Shown here: in pieces, positions 15,917 to 25,888 of the stretch
Layout: the number at the start of each line of letters is the position of its first letter
Numbering within the stretch: the stretch's first letter is position 1
Virus record (IMG/VR): IMGVR_UViG_3300017917_002969
Span: 1 to 64,000 of that record
DNA: 64,000 bases
Reading direction: 5' to 3' (one strand)
Origin: a virus
The notes under the pieces: model-generated
The model's input: only the letters and a program-made list of their open reading frames with translations
What the model was told of the DNA's origin: nothing
Database searches by the model: none
Program-made: the position numbers and the translations under genes

Positions 15917-18900
15917 ATGGCTGAAAATTTAACAATATTTCAACGACTTGGTAGAATCATCGGGCCAGATGCTATCAAGTCACAACCAAAGCAAACTTCT
16001 CAATCACCAAGATACAATATCAATGGTGATGTTTTGCTTAAAACAGACAACAAAGCTGATTACGAAAGAGCTAAGTTACAAGCCCAGCAAAATAAGTATT
16101 TGGCTCAAATGTGGAAAAAGGTTGAGAGTGGTTTATTCCAACAATCAATCAACTATGAAACAACCCGTATTGGTTCTTATTCAGACTTTGAGGCAATGGA
16201 ATTCTATCCAACCATTGCAGCCGCTTTGGATATTATGATGGAAGAATCGACAACGGTTAACGAAAAAGGTAAAATGCTTAATGTTTATTCAGATAGCAAC
16301 CGTGTTAAGGGTATCCTTGAAGACTTATTTTACAACAGACTTGACATTCATACTTCACTTCCAATGTGGACCAGAAACACACCAATTAGAGAAAATTCAA
16401 TAATTCCGCTATTAGATGGTACCGAATGTACAATTAAAGAATTATCTGATAGGGTTAAAAATGGTGAAGAAATTTGGTCTTACGCTGTCCAAGATAAAAC
16501 AAAAACCATCGTTCCGAGTAAAATTATTTGGTGTGACCTTACTAGGAAAGATAGCGAATTATATAGGGTAACATTAGATGATGGTACTTATATTGATACC
16601 ACGCCAGACCATGAATACATGTTAAGAGATGGTTCTTTTAAAAGAGCAGATAAATTAACTGAAGGTCAATCTTTAATGCCTTTCTATACTAGAAAAAGCG
16701 AAAAAAAGAAAGACAGAATTTCTGGTTATGAAAAAGTTTTTAATCCAAACACTGGAAAATATAAATTCACACACACTATGGTATCTCATGAGTGTGTTAG
16801 AAATTTGGAGAAAGAAAAATTAATTAATGAACAATTTGACACACATCACATTGATTTTAATAAACTAAATAATCACCCAAATAATCTGAAAAGATTGACT
16901 CATTCTGAACATTTCAAACTACATATAGAACATTTTGATAAAATTTTAGGTTCACCAGAAGTTGTTAAAAAAAGAATGGAAGGGATTGATAAATATCTTA
17001 GGTCTGACGAAAGAAGAGAACGTCTTTCGAAAGAAATGAGTGGTTTCTACCCTAAATATTTTAATGAATACAACAATAGCGAATTACACACTAAACATAA
17101 TAAAGTTCGTTCAACTAAAATGTTAAGTAATTGGAGTTCTGATAATTTTATTGTTAAAACTAAAAAAGGAATGACAATTGAAATAACTGATGATTGTTTA
17201 AATTATATTTCTGAATTAATAATATCTAATGAAAAATATGTTGGTGTTAATGAATTGTCTAAGTTACTGAAAAAAGATGAAAAATTTATAAAGTTATTTA
17301 AAATAACTTATACGTTAAAAAAAGATATCCAAAAATCCATAAACCCAACAACAATAAAAAAAGTTATTTTTAGAAAAACGGGTAAAAACTATTTTGATTA
17401 TGCCTTATCAATTAAACCAAGTTTGATTATTGATAAAGCATATATTAAGGCTAAATCTATTTTTATTGGTAAGACCACTTCAAAAATAGTTAATCATAAA
17501 GTTGTTTCGGTTGTTAAATTAGAAGAAACCTCTGATGTTTATTGTTTGGAAGCTGTTGGACCAAATGGAGAACATGATAGACATAATTTTCCTGTCTGTG
17601 GCTTTAACAAAAATAATTCATATTCAAGAAGTTCTGGGGTTTTCTTATCCAACTGTAAGTATGGTGATAACTTTGTTTATTTAAACATTGACGAGAAGTA
17701 TGGTATTCTTAGCGCTAAGCAAATGCCTAACTACGAAATGGAACGTAGAGAAAGTGGATTATTTGATATGATTACTGGTCGTGAAACACCAAACCATCAA
17801 GTTGCTAGTAGCGATAAAACCAAGTTCTATTGGAGAGGACGTGATGTTGAGTTTAATTCGTGGCAAATTGCTCACTTCCGTTTATTGGGTGATGATAGAA
17901 GACTTCCTTACGGTACTTCTGTTTTGGAAAAGGCAAGACGTATTTGGAAGCAACTTATCCTATCTGAAGACTCAATGCTTGTTTATCGTGTTACCCGTGC
18001 ACCAGAAAGACGTGTTTATAAAATCTATGTTGGTAACATAGATGATGCTGATGTACCAGCATATGTAAACGAAATCGCTGATAGATTTAAGCGTATTCCA
18101 ATTGTTGACCCGCAAACTGGTCAAATGGACCTTAGATACAATCAGTTATCTAATGACCAAGATTATTTTATTCCTGTTCGTACTGAAGATGCACCAAATC
18201 CGATTGATACCTTACCAGGTGCTTCAAACTTGGACCAAATTGCAGATATTGAATACTTAAGGAATAACTTATTTACCGCTTTACGTGTACCAAAGCCATT
18301 TTTAGGTTTTGATGAGACTACTGGTGAAGGTAAGAATCTTGCGTTACAAGATATTCGTTTTTCAAGGACGATAAATCGTATCCAGCAATCAATGCTTCAA
18401 GAACTTAACAAGATTGCTATTATTCACTTGTATCTTTTAGGTTTTGAAGAAGACTTTGATAACTTCACAATAACCCTTAATAACCCATCAACACAAGCTG
18501 AAATGCTTAAGGTTGAGCATACACAAGCTAAGGTTACGCTTTACAAGGATGCAGTATCTGATGCTGGTAATGGATTTGCTGCTATGTCAATGACACGTGC
18601 TAAAAGAGAAATTCTTGGTATGTCTGACGATGATATTAAGCAAGACTTGCTTGAACAAAGAATGGAAAAGGCAGCTGCTGCTGAATTGGCTAACTCAGCT
18701 AACGTTATTAAGCATACTGGTATGTTTGATGTTGTTGATAGAATCTATGGTGATATGCAATTGGCTCTACAAGGTGGAGGTGGTGAAGGTGGTGAAAAAG
18801 GTGAAGAAACTAGCAGTGGTGGAGGCGGAGGCGGTGGTCTCGGTGGTTCATTCGGTGGTGGTGGTTTAGGTGGTGAAGACCTAGATTTTGGTGAGGAAGA

Positions 18901-19264
18901 AGCTGGTGGTGAAAGTGAAGCAGCTACAGAAGCTGGTGCTGAAGCAGAGGCTGGTGCTGAACTTGCAGGTGGTGAGGAAGAAGCGGCAGGTGAAGAAGCG
19001 GCTGCTGAAACTGCTCCAACAGAAGTAACAGAATCAATTAAAAAGGTTAATAAATTGCTTAAAGAACAAAAGACTACATTAACCAAAAAAATAAATGATA
19101 GAACCAAAAAATATCAAAACATATTCATAAACAGACTTGTTGAATCAATCAAACCAACAGTTGTTAAAAAGGAAGAGAAGGTTAAGATTTACGACAAGAA
19201 CGTAAAAATAAACAAAGACATTGATACTATGATAAATGATATCAATAAAATGTTGGATGAATAA
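15917..19264 (+). CDS. Portal protein (T4 gp20-like), intein-containing
   Basis: IAAALDI, CKYGDNF, PYGTSVLEKARRIWKQL.L.EDSMLVYRVTRAPERRVYKI.VGN, IDTLPG, ALRVPK; Gly/Glu-rich tail. Confidence 0.95.
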   Translation: MAENLTIFQRLGRIIGPDAIKSQPKQTSQSPRYNINGDVLLKTDNKADYERAKLQAQQNKYLAQMWKKVESGLFQQSINYETTRIGSYSDFEAMEFYPTIAAALDIMMEESTTVNEKGKMLNVYSDSNRVKGILEDLFYNRLDIHTSLPMWTRNTPIRENSIIPLLDGTECTIKELSDRVKNGEEIWSYAVQDKTKTIVPSKIIWCDLTRKDSELYRVTLDDGTYIDTTPDHEYMLRDGSFKRADKLTEGQSLMPFYTRKSEKKKDRISGYEKVFNPNTGKYKFTHTMVSHECVRNLEKEKLINEQFDTHHIDFNKLNNHPNNLKRLTHSEHFKLHIEHFDKILGSPEVVKKRMEGIDKYLRSDERRERLSKEMSGFYPKYFNEYNNSELHTKHNKVRSTKMLSNWSSDNFIVKTKKGMTIEITDDCLNYISELIISNEKYVGVNELSKLLKKDEKFIKLFKITYTLKKDIQKSINPTTIKKVIFRKTGKNYFDYALSIKPSLIIDKAYIKAKSIFIGKTTSKIVNHKVVSVVKLEETSDVYCLEAVGPNGEHDRHNFPVCGFNKNNSYSRSSGVFLSNCKYGDNFVYLNIDEKYGILSAKQMPNYEMERRESGLFDMITGRETPNHQVASSDKTKFYWRGRDVEFNSWQIAHFRLLGDDRRLPYGTSVLEKARRIWKQLILSEDSMLVYRVTRAPERRVYKIYVGNIDDADVPAYVNEIADRFKRIPIVDPQTGQMDLRYNQLSNDQDYFIPVRTEDAPNPIDTLPGASNLDQIADIEYLRNNLFTALRVPKPFLGFDETTGEGKNLALQDIRFSRTINRIQQSMLQELNKIAIIHLYLLGFEEDFDNFTITLNNPSTQAEMLKVEHTQAKVTLYKDAVSDAGNGFAAMSMTRAKREILGMSDDDIKQDLLEQRMEKAAAAELANSANVIKHTGMFDVVDRIYGDMQLALQGGGGEGGEKGEETSSGGGGGGGLGGSFGGGGLGGEDLDFGEEEAGGESEAATEAGAEAEAGAELAGGEEEAAGEEAAAETAPTEVTESIKKVNKLLKEQKTTLTKKINDRTKKYQNIFINRLVESIKPTVVKKEEKVKIYDKNVKINKDIDTMINDINKMLDE
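16382..17653 (+). mobile_element. Atypical intein (424 aa; Pro1, block-F Cys) with HNH endonuclease
   Basis: PIRENSIIPLLDG start, TTPDH block B, HHIDFNKLNNHPNNL HNH, VYCLEA block F, ends FLSN followed by Cys+1. Confidence 0.85.
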
Positions 19265-19311
19265 TCCGTTTTTGATTATAGAATGATATTTATTAGGTAA
19301 AAGTTATTATT

Positions 19312-20100
19312 ATGACAAACTTGAAAGAAACCATAAAAAACTTTGGTGCCATTAAAGATACTTTCAACACTATTTTAGCTGAAAGTGTTATGACCAAAGA
19401 TACAGATAAAAAAAAGTTATTTAAACAATATATTGAGTTATTGAAAGAAAATGAAATTCTTAAAACTCAATTTATGGTTTATACCAATATTGAAACCAAA
19501 GTTGAACCAGATGTTGCAAAAGCTACACAATTTGTAAAAGAAAACATTGATTTATTTTCTAAGTTTAGCAAAAAAGCAATATATGAAGCTAATACAAAAT
19601 TGAAAAGTGTGTTACCAACAGAAGAACTTGTTGATGATTTGACTGAGTTACATGAAAATATTGCTAAACTTATTTTTACAGAAAAAAACGCAACTACTAT
19701 AGATACAATCATTGAAGCAACTAGCAAAGTAGTTGATTATATTACAAAAAACAAAGCAAAAGTTGTAAATGAAAGTATAGAATTACCTAACAGTATGCTT
19801 ACCAGTCTTATGGTTGAAAAATATAATGAAAGATATTCAACACTTGATGAGACCGAAAAGAAAGTTATTAAATCTTTGATTGATGCTGATGATACTAAGA
19901 AAAAAGAAATTTATTCAACAACATTAAGAGAATGTATCGATTTAATTAATGAAAAACTAGATACTACTGATTTAGATACCAAAGACAAATTATTAAGAGT
20001 TAAAGATAGATTATTGAATGACAAGCAAGATATAACTGAAGATTTCACCAAGAATATTTCAAAATTAATTGAGCTTAGAAATAATCTTAAAGAAAACTAA
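19312..20100 (+). CDS. Helical hypothetical protein in head module
   Basis: 262 aa between portal and protease, preceded by ATATTTATT. Confidence 0.75.
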   Translation: MTNLKETIKNFGAIKDTFNTILAESVMTKDTDKKKLFKQYIELLKENEILKTQFMVYTNIETKVEPDVAKATQFVKENIDLFSKFSKKAIYEANTKLKSVLPTEELVDDLTELHENIAKLIFTEKNATTIDTIIEATSKVVDYITKNKAKVVNESIELPNSMLTSLMVEKYNERYSTLDETEKKVIKSLIDADDTKKKEIYSTTLRECIDLINEKLDTTDLDTKDKLLRVKDRLLNDKQDITEDFTKNISKLIELRNNLKEN

Positions 20101-20111
20101 TATTTTGTAAC

Positions 20112-20453
20112 ATGGCAGACGAAAGAATTAATACAGTAGACTATTATCAATTGGTGTTAAAAGAATTAGAAAGACTTAATACCAATTATGAAAGAATGAG
20201 AAGTGATATGGATTCTAAGTTTTCAGACTTAAACCAGAAACTAAGCGAATTTAAGAATGTTGAAGGTAAGGTAGAGAGCCATGTTAAATGGATTGAAAGG
20301 GTTAATGATGTTTGGTCTCCTTCTCAGATGAAATCGGCAAAAGATGAAATCTATGAACAAAAAAATAGATGGACAGCAGCTATTGCTGTTATAGGATTTG
20401 TTCAAGTATTATTTGGAATTATTTTAGGGTTATTAACATATTTTCATAATTAG
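20112..20453 (+). CDS. Coiled-coil protein with C-terminal TM helix (holin-like topology possible)
   Basis: AAIAVIGFVQVLFGIILGLLTYF at C-terminus. Confidence 0.6.
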   Translation: MADERINTVDYYQLVLKELERLNTNYERMRSDMDSKFSDLNQKLSEFKNVEGKVESHVKWIERVNDVWSPSQMKSAKDEIYEQKNRWTAAIAVIGFVQVLFGIILGLLTYFHN

Positions 20454-20507
20454 AATTTATTGAAATTGTTGTTATCATAGTTGTTTACAGCAATTTAAAA
20501 TGGGTAC

Positions 20508-20538
20508 TTGACAGTGTAAAAAAGTTTAATTATACTTG
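20508..20538 (+). promoter_or_regulatory. Host-RNAP-type promoter
   Basis: TTGACA-N17-TATACT, also readable as TTG-N20-TATACTTG. Confidence 0.6.
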
Positions 20539-20554
20539 TAAAAATCCAGGTAAA

Positions 20555-20998
20555 ATGAAAACAGGAAAAGAAGTAAAATCTTCACACTTTAAGGACTATA
20601 ATGTTATATTCGGAAGTGTGAACAACAAACACCCTAAAGCCATCTATATTAACATTTCTTCGTGGCTAGAACCAATTTCTGATGATAATATTAATTATTT
20701 AAGAATCATCAGAAACTTAAACAAAAAAATCAAACAATCAGTCTATAATTTATTCGATAAAACATCGAATGAAATTTTTGAGAAAGAAAGGTCTATAATT
20801 GATTTAGACATTCGTGAATCTGGAATCAAATTTGGAAAAAGAAGTTTTATGAGTTGTGAATTAACATTATTTATAAACATGGAACTTAGTGTTAATTCTG
20901 AATTTATGAAAAGTGAATTGACAGGAATTTCAGACCATATTATTAAAAATGTATTTGAAAAAGATGAATCATTTAAATTTCATAGAAAAAAGAAATAA
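20555..20998 (+). CDS. Hypothetical protein
   Basis: 147-aa ORF with own promoter and downstream terminator. Confidence 0.75.
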   Translation: MKTGKEVKSSHFKDYNVIFGSVNNKHPKAIYINISSWLEPISDDNINYLRIIRNLNKKIKQSVYNLFDKTSNEIFEKERSIIDLDIRESGIKFGKRSFMSCELTLFINMELSVNSEFMKSELTGISDHIIKNVFEKDESFKFHRKKK

Positions 20999-21000
20999 TC

Positions 21001-21030
21001 AAGGCCCTAGCATTAGCTAGGGCTTTTTTT
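21001..21030 (+). terminator. Rho-independent terminator
   Basis: ggccctagc-atta-gctagggct followed by a T tract. Confidence 0.8.
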
Positions 21031-21067
21031 ATTATTTGCAATATTTATATCTATAAGCTTATAGATT

Positions 21068-21790
21068 ATGGATATAAATTACGATAAAATAAAAACGCTT
21101 AGACGTGGACAAACAGGTTTCGGCTATTTAATTGAGCACGATGCTGGTTATATAAGTCCAGATGAACCAAGAAATCAAGCGTTTATCAGTGAACTTAAAA
21201 AATTAGAAACTGGTAAATTGGTTATTGCCGAACCATTGGTCGTATATGTTATATTACAAAAATATGGTGTATTAAATCGTAATGGTAGAGTATATCCAGA
21301 ATCTGTACTTAAAAAACAAGTAGAACTTTATCAAAGAGCTATTAAAGAAAGAGCTGCGGTTGGTGAATTGGACCACCCAGAATCAAGCATTATTGCTGGT
21401 GATAGAATATCACATAATATTTTAGAAACATGGTGGGAAGGTAAAACCCTTATGGGTAAAATGGAAATCCTTATGACACCAGGTTTTATTAATTACGGTA
21501 TTGTATCAACAAAGGGTGATGAAGTTGCAAACTTACTAAGAAACAGAATAAAGATTGGTGTTTCATCAAGAGGTGTTGGTTCATTAAAAGAAGGTAAAAA
21601 TGGTGAACAAATAGTACAGGATGATTTTGAAATCATTTGTTGGGATGTTGTTACTGCCCCATCAACACCAGATGCTTGGATATTTAAAAATGTTGAAGAG
21701 GCAAAACCTTATGTTGAAAATGTAGAATTTAAGAAAGATGTGATTAAAGAAACACTGTCTGACAAATTAAATAAATTCTTATTGGATTAA
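21068..21790 (+). CDS. Prohead maturation protease (T4 gp21-like)
   Basis: NRNGRVYP, GELDHP, SHNI, GVSSRGVGS, DVV.APSTPDA. Confidence 0.95.
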   Translation: MDINYDKIKTLRRGQTGFGYLIEHDAGYISPDEPRNQAFISELKKLETGKLVIAEPLVVYVILQKYGVLNRNGRVYPESVLKKQVELYQRAIKERAAVGELDHPESSIIAGDRISHNILETWWEGKTLMGKMEILMTPGFINYGIVSTKGDEVANLLRNRIKIGVSSRGVGSLKEGKNGEQIVQDDFEIICWDVVTAPSTPDAWIFKNVEEAKPYVENVEFKKDVIKETLSDKLNKFLLD

Positions 21791-21907
21791 GATTTTTATA
21801 TTTTTTTAATAACTTATATGACTTTTCTAAAAAAGGTACATATTTATTATCAAATAAGGTGAATATTATTTGTATTCATCTAATAATAAAACAAAATAGA
21901 ACACAAA

Positions 21908-23233
21908 ATGGCAGAGAAAAAAACTATCCTTGAAGAAGCACTTTTGGATATTCAAAATATTCAGAATGCTCTCAATGCCAACACAAAAGAAATACTTCGT
22001 AGCGTTGCTAAGGAAGAAATTGACGGTGTTGTGAAAGAATCCATGATGAAGGATTATGAAGAAGAGGAAGTTGAAGAGGCTCTTAACGAAGTGTCACACG
22101 AAGAACATGAGAAGTCTGAAACTCCAGCGGAGGAAAAGAAAGAACATGGTAAGAAAGGTACTGAGAAAAAAGAGAAATCTGAAACTAAATCTAAAAAAAT
22201 GACTGAGGGTGAAATGTCAACAGAAGGTATGTACGAAGAAGGAATGTATGAAGAAGACATGACTGATGAAGGTGCATATGAAGAAGGAATGGACGATGCA
22301 ATGGCATCTGAAGAATTGGACATGACTCAAGCGTCTGATGATGACGTTATCGCTATCTACAAGAAATTGAGTGGTGAAGACGAAATCGAAATCGTGGGTG
22401 ACGAAATTCACTTAAATGTTTCTGAACCAGGCGAGTATATCCTTAAAACTTCTGATTTTAAAGGCGCATCTGAAGAACCAGAAATGGACATGGACATGGA
22501 TATTGACATGGAACCAGAAATGGATGATGAAGATGAGGTTGATTACGAAATCGAAATGGGTGATGAAGATGAGGTTGATGCTGATTCTGAATTTACACCA
22601 GTAGAAGACGAAGAAGAAGGTGAAGAAGAAGAAGGTGAAGAAGAAGAGGAAGAAGAAGAAGAGGAAGAAGAAAAAATTGAGGAAAAAATATCTATTGGTA
22701 CTGGCATGAGCGTGGGTACACACCGTGGTCAAGGTCCTAAATCAATTGGTGCTCCTGAGAATCCAAAATCTGAATCTCTTAATGAGGCAATCGCTGCTAA
22801 AAAACTTGTTTCTGAAACTGCCAAAAAATATAACGCTCTATTAACTGAAGCTAAAAAACTTAAGAGTGAGAATGATGAATTCAGAACTGCTCTTAAAGAA
22901 TTTAGAAATAAGTTAGTAGAAACAGTAGTGTTCAATAGCAACTTAACTTATGTTACAAGATTGTTCATGGAACACTCAACTACCAAGGGTGAAAAACAAA
23001 GTATCATCAAAAGGTTTGATGAGGAAGTTACTAACCTTAAGGAGTCTAAAAAGTTATACAAAACTATTGCCAATGAATTAGCTTCTAGAAAGCCAATTGC
23101 TGAGTCAGTAGAAAACAAAATAATCAAAGAGGCAACTACCAGTTCTTCAAAACAATTAAATGAAAGTACTGCGTATGTTGACCCATCGACTAAGAGAATC
23201 CTTGATTTGATTCAAAGAGTTGAGAAAAAATAA
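21908..23233 (+). CDS. Scaffold/prohead core protein
   Basis: Extremely acidic, poly-Glu run, coiled-coil C-terminus; lies between protease and MCP. Confidence 0.8.
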   Translation: MAEKKTILEEALLDIQNIQNALNANTKEILRSVAKEEIDGVVKESMMKDYEEEEVEEALNEVSHEEHEKSETPAEEKKEHGKKGTEKKEKSETKSKKMTEGEMSTEGMYEEGMYEEDMTDEGAYEEGMDDAMASEELDMTQASDDDVIAIYKKLSGEDEIEIVGDEIHLNVSEPGEYILKTSDFKGASEEPEMDMDMDIDMEPEMDDEDEVDYEIEMGDEDEVDADSEFTPVEDEEEGEEEEGEEEEEEEEEEEEKIEEKISIGTGMSVGTHRGQGPKSIGAPENPKSESLNEAIAAKKLVSETAKKYNALLTEAKKLKSENDEFRTALKEFRNKLVETVVFNSNLTYVTRLFMEHSTTKGEKQSIIKRFDEEVTNLKESKKLYKTIANELASRKPIAESVENKIIKEATTSSSKQLNESTAYVDPSTKRILDLIQRVEKK

Positions 23234-23258
23234 CTAAAACAAAAAAAATAAAAAAACT

Positions 23259-25136
23259 ATGTCACATTTATTAACATCTGGACAAGTGGGTAACATCGGA
23301 TTGAACCATATGAAGGCTATCCGTAAAGAAACCCAAGCAAAATGGGATGCTCTAGGCTTCCTTGATGGTCTTAAAGGCCACGTAAAAGAAAACATTGCTC
23401 AGTTATATGAGAACCAAGCTTCTAGCTTGTTAACTGAGTCAACTACCGCAACATCATCTGGTTCATTCGAAACAGTTGTGTTCCCTATCGTAAGACGTGT
23501 ATTCTCTAAATTGCTTGCTAACGACATCGTGTCTGTACAAGCTATGAACATGCCTATCGGTAAATTGTTCTACTTCGTTCCTCAAACTTCTAGCCGTGTT
23601 AATGCTAGCGGAACTGGTGGTGACCCATATGCTACAGTACCTTATGATGGTCAATATTCTGCACACACTGCAATGAATGGTTTAAATAATGGTACCGCAA
23701 CTGGTGCAGCTCTTCCTGATTGTGTTGTTGGTGTTAACTGTAGAGTAACTCAACTTGAAGCTAAAAACCTATACGACATTTTCTACAATGACGGTATGTT
23801 TGACAATTCAAAAGGTACTCTTACAATTAAAACTATGAATAATTTAAGAGCGTTTACTTTTTCTGATAATGGTACACTTAGCGCTGCTGCGCCAACAGCT
23901 ACACTTCCAACTGCTACTGACGGTTCTTTAAGAAGTGTTATTATCGGTTTATCTGGTTTCACTGGTGGTGCTCCAGATAGTAAAGGAACTGGAAACGGTG
24001 GTCGTGAAGTATTAACAGGTCCTGATGGTAACAACATGGATACTGAGTCATTTTTAGCTTCATTGATTGCAGTTACATCATCAAACATTCTTGATAGAGA
24101 TGGTAACGTTATAGTTGCTGCTAATACTGAAGTTCCATTACGTGTTGTTACTCAACAATACAGCAAGAGTATAGTACAAACAACTGGAACTCTAACAACA
24201 CCTAACGGTCTTATGTATGTTGAAGTTGACCTTCGTCACCCTGTGGGTACAAGTGCTGGTTCTACCCCTGCTGCTGCTGGTACTGCAACTTACGATGGTT
24301 ATGTAGGTGCTTCTGCAACTACTGCTTCTGCTTTCACAAGTATCCTTTCATTCGCTTGGGCTGAATACGCTTCTCTTGAATTGGAAACTGAAATGGGTGA
24401 AGTATCATTCACTCTTCAAGAAGTTGTTGTAGCTGTTGAAGAAAGAAAATTACGTGCAACATGGTCACCAGAATTGGCTCAAGACGTTAGTGCATTCCAC
24501 AACATCGATGCTGAAGCTGAATTGACTGCTATGTTGTCTGAGCAAGTTGCTGCTGAAATCGACCGTGAAATCCTTAGAGATTTGCGTAAATTGGCTGCAT
24601 GGCAACTTCGTTGGGATTACAACGGTTGGAGAAAAGCTTCTTCTGCTGCAAGCCCATACACTCAAAAAGACTGGAACCAAACTCTTATCACAAGAATTAA
24701 CCAGTTGAGTGCTCAAATCCACAAATCAACTCTTCGTGGTGGTGCTAACTTCGTTGTTGTTTCTTCTGAAATTTCAGCTGTATTCGATGACTTAGAATAC
24801 TTCCACGTATCTGATGCTAACCCAGAGCAAGACCAATACAACATGGGTATTGAAAGAATCGGTACATTGGGTGGTCGTTATCAAGTATATCGTGACCCAT
24901 ATGCGCCAGCTTACTCAGTAATCGTTGGTCACAAAGGTAAGTCATTGTTGGATACAGGTTACATCTACGCACCATACGTGCCATTGCAACTTACTCCTAC
25001 TATGTACAATCCATTTAACTTTGCTCCAGTTAAAGGTATCATGACTCGTTACGCTAAAAAGTCTGTGAATAATCGCTTCTACGGCCACGTGCGTGTAGAC
25101 GGTGTTCCTACTTTCAACGTAGCAGAATTGAGATAA
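23259..25136 (+). CDS. Major capsid protein (T4 gp23-like) with large Ser/Thr/Gly-rich insertion
   Basis: PIVRRVF, VSVQAMNMP.G, RKLRATWSPELAQD..AFH.IDAEAEL, EIDREI, YAPYVPL, GIMTRY. Confidence 0.97.
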   Translation: MSHLLTSGQVGNIGLNHMKAIRKETQAKWDALGFLDGLKGHVKENIAQLYENQASSLLTESTTATSSGSFETVVFPIVRRVFSKLLANDIVSVQAMNMPIGKLFYFVPQTSSRVNASGTGGDPYATVPYDGQYSAHTAMNGLNNGTATGAALPDCVVGVNCRVTQLEAKNLYDIFYNDGMFDNSKGTLTIKTMNNLRAFTFSDNGTLSAAAPTATLPTATDGSLRSVIIGLSGFTGGAPDSKGTGNGGREVLTGPDGNNMDTESFLASLIAVTSSNILDRDGNVIVAANTEVPLRVVTQQYSKSIVQTTGTLTTPNGLMYVEVDLRHPVGTSAGSTPAAAGTATYDGYVGASATTASAFTSILSFAWAEYASLELETEMGEVSFTLQEVVVAVEERKLRATWSPELAQDVSAFHNIDAEAELTAMLSEQVAAEIDREILRDLRKLAAWQLRWDYNGWRKASSAASPYTQKDWNQTLITRINQLSAQIHKSTLRGGANFVVVSSEISAVFDDLEYFHVSDANPEQDQYNMGIERIGTLGGRYQVYRDPYAPAYSVIVGHKGKSLLDTGYIYAPYVPLQLTPTMYNPFNFAPVKGIMTRYAKKSVNNRFYGHVRVDGVPTFNVAELR

Positions 25137-25155
25137 TCGTAAGAAATTCTCTATA

Positions 25156-25191
25156 AACAAAAAGGCTAGATATTCTCTAGCCTTTTTTGTT
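25156..25191. terminator. Bidirectional-type terminator after MCP
   Basis: aacaaaaaggctaga-tattc-tctagccttttttgtt. Confidence 0.85.
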
Positions 25192-25219
25192 TTATATAAT
25201 TGTCAAGATATTTATAGAT

Positions 25220-25852
25220 ATGAAAGCTTTGATTAAAAGATTATTAAAAGAGGAATTAGAAAATTATCGTGGAGAGCATCAAGCCGCAGATAAAGAAGAC
25301 ATTCCAATTTATAATATGACTTTAGGTTATCCAGAGGACATATATTCTAACGAAGCTGCTAAAATGTATGGTGAGCATAGCGATGAATATTCTGACCAAT
25401 ATTCTTTAAGTGTCATTCATTCAGTTAGAAATAAACCAAAGGCTAAAGTTAAAATTTACAGAGCAGTACCAGATATTAATTATGAGGTTAATAAAGACTT
25501 AAAAGATTTAAATAATATTATTGGTTACTATTATAAATTTGGTTTCTTTCCTATGAAGTTAAAATTGATTCATGATTTGGATGATAAATACTATGAACAA
25601 ATACCTGATTATGAAGAAAGGCAAGCTAAGATATTAAGTGATATTGAATCGCAAAGGGATGATATTATAAGTAAAAAAAATAAATCTATCGGTATTAACA
25701 ATGGTGATTGGGTGACAATAAATCCAGATTACGCTAAATCACATGGTAAAAATAATCTTAATAACCGATTTAAGGTTGTTACTAAAACAGTACCAGCAAA
25801 TACTTTATTTACATTTGGCGACAGTATTCATGAATGGGGTTACAATATCTAG
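25220..25852 (+). CDS. Leader-bearing ADP-ribosyltransferase-like protein
   Basis: MKALIKRLLKEE leader; KIYRAVP..GDWVT...YA..H..EWGY resembles R-S/T-E ART strands. Confidence 0.6.
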   Translation: MKALIKRLLKEELENYRGEHQAADKEDIPIYNMTLGYPEDIYSNEAAKMYGEHSDEYSDQYSLSVIHSVRNKPKAKVKIYRAVPDINYEVNKDLKDLNNIIGYYYKFGFFPMKLKLIHDLDDKYYEQIPDYEERQAKILSDIESQRDDIISKKNKSIGINNGDWVTINPDYAKSHGKNNLNNRFKVVTKTVPANTLFTFGDSIHEWGYNI

Positions 25853-25888
25853 CTTTTTATTTATATAATTGACCAGATATTTATAGAT

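Noticed and set aside
22600-22685. GAA-rich tandem repeat
   Set aside because: Encodes the poly-Glu tract of the scaffold; not an independent element.
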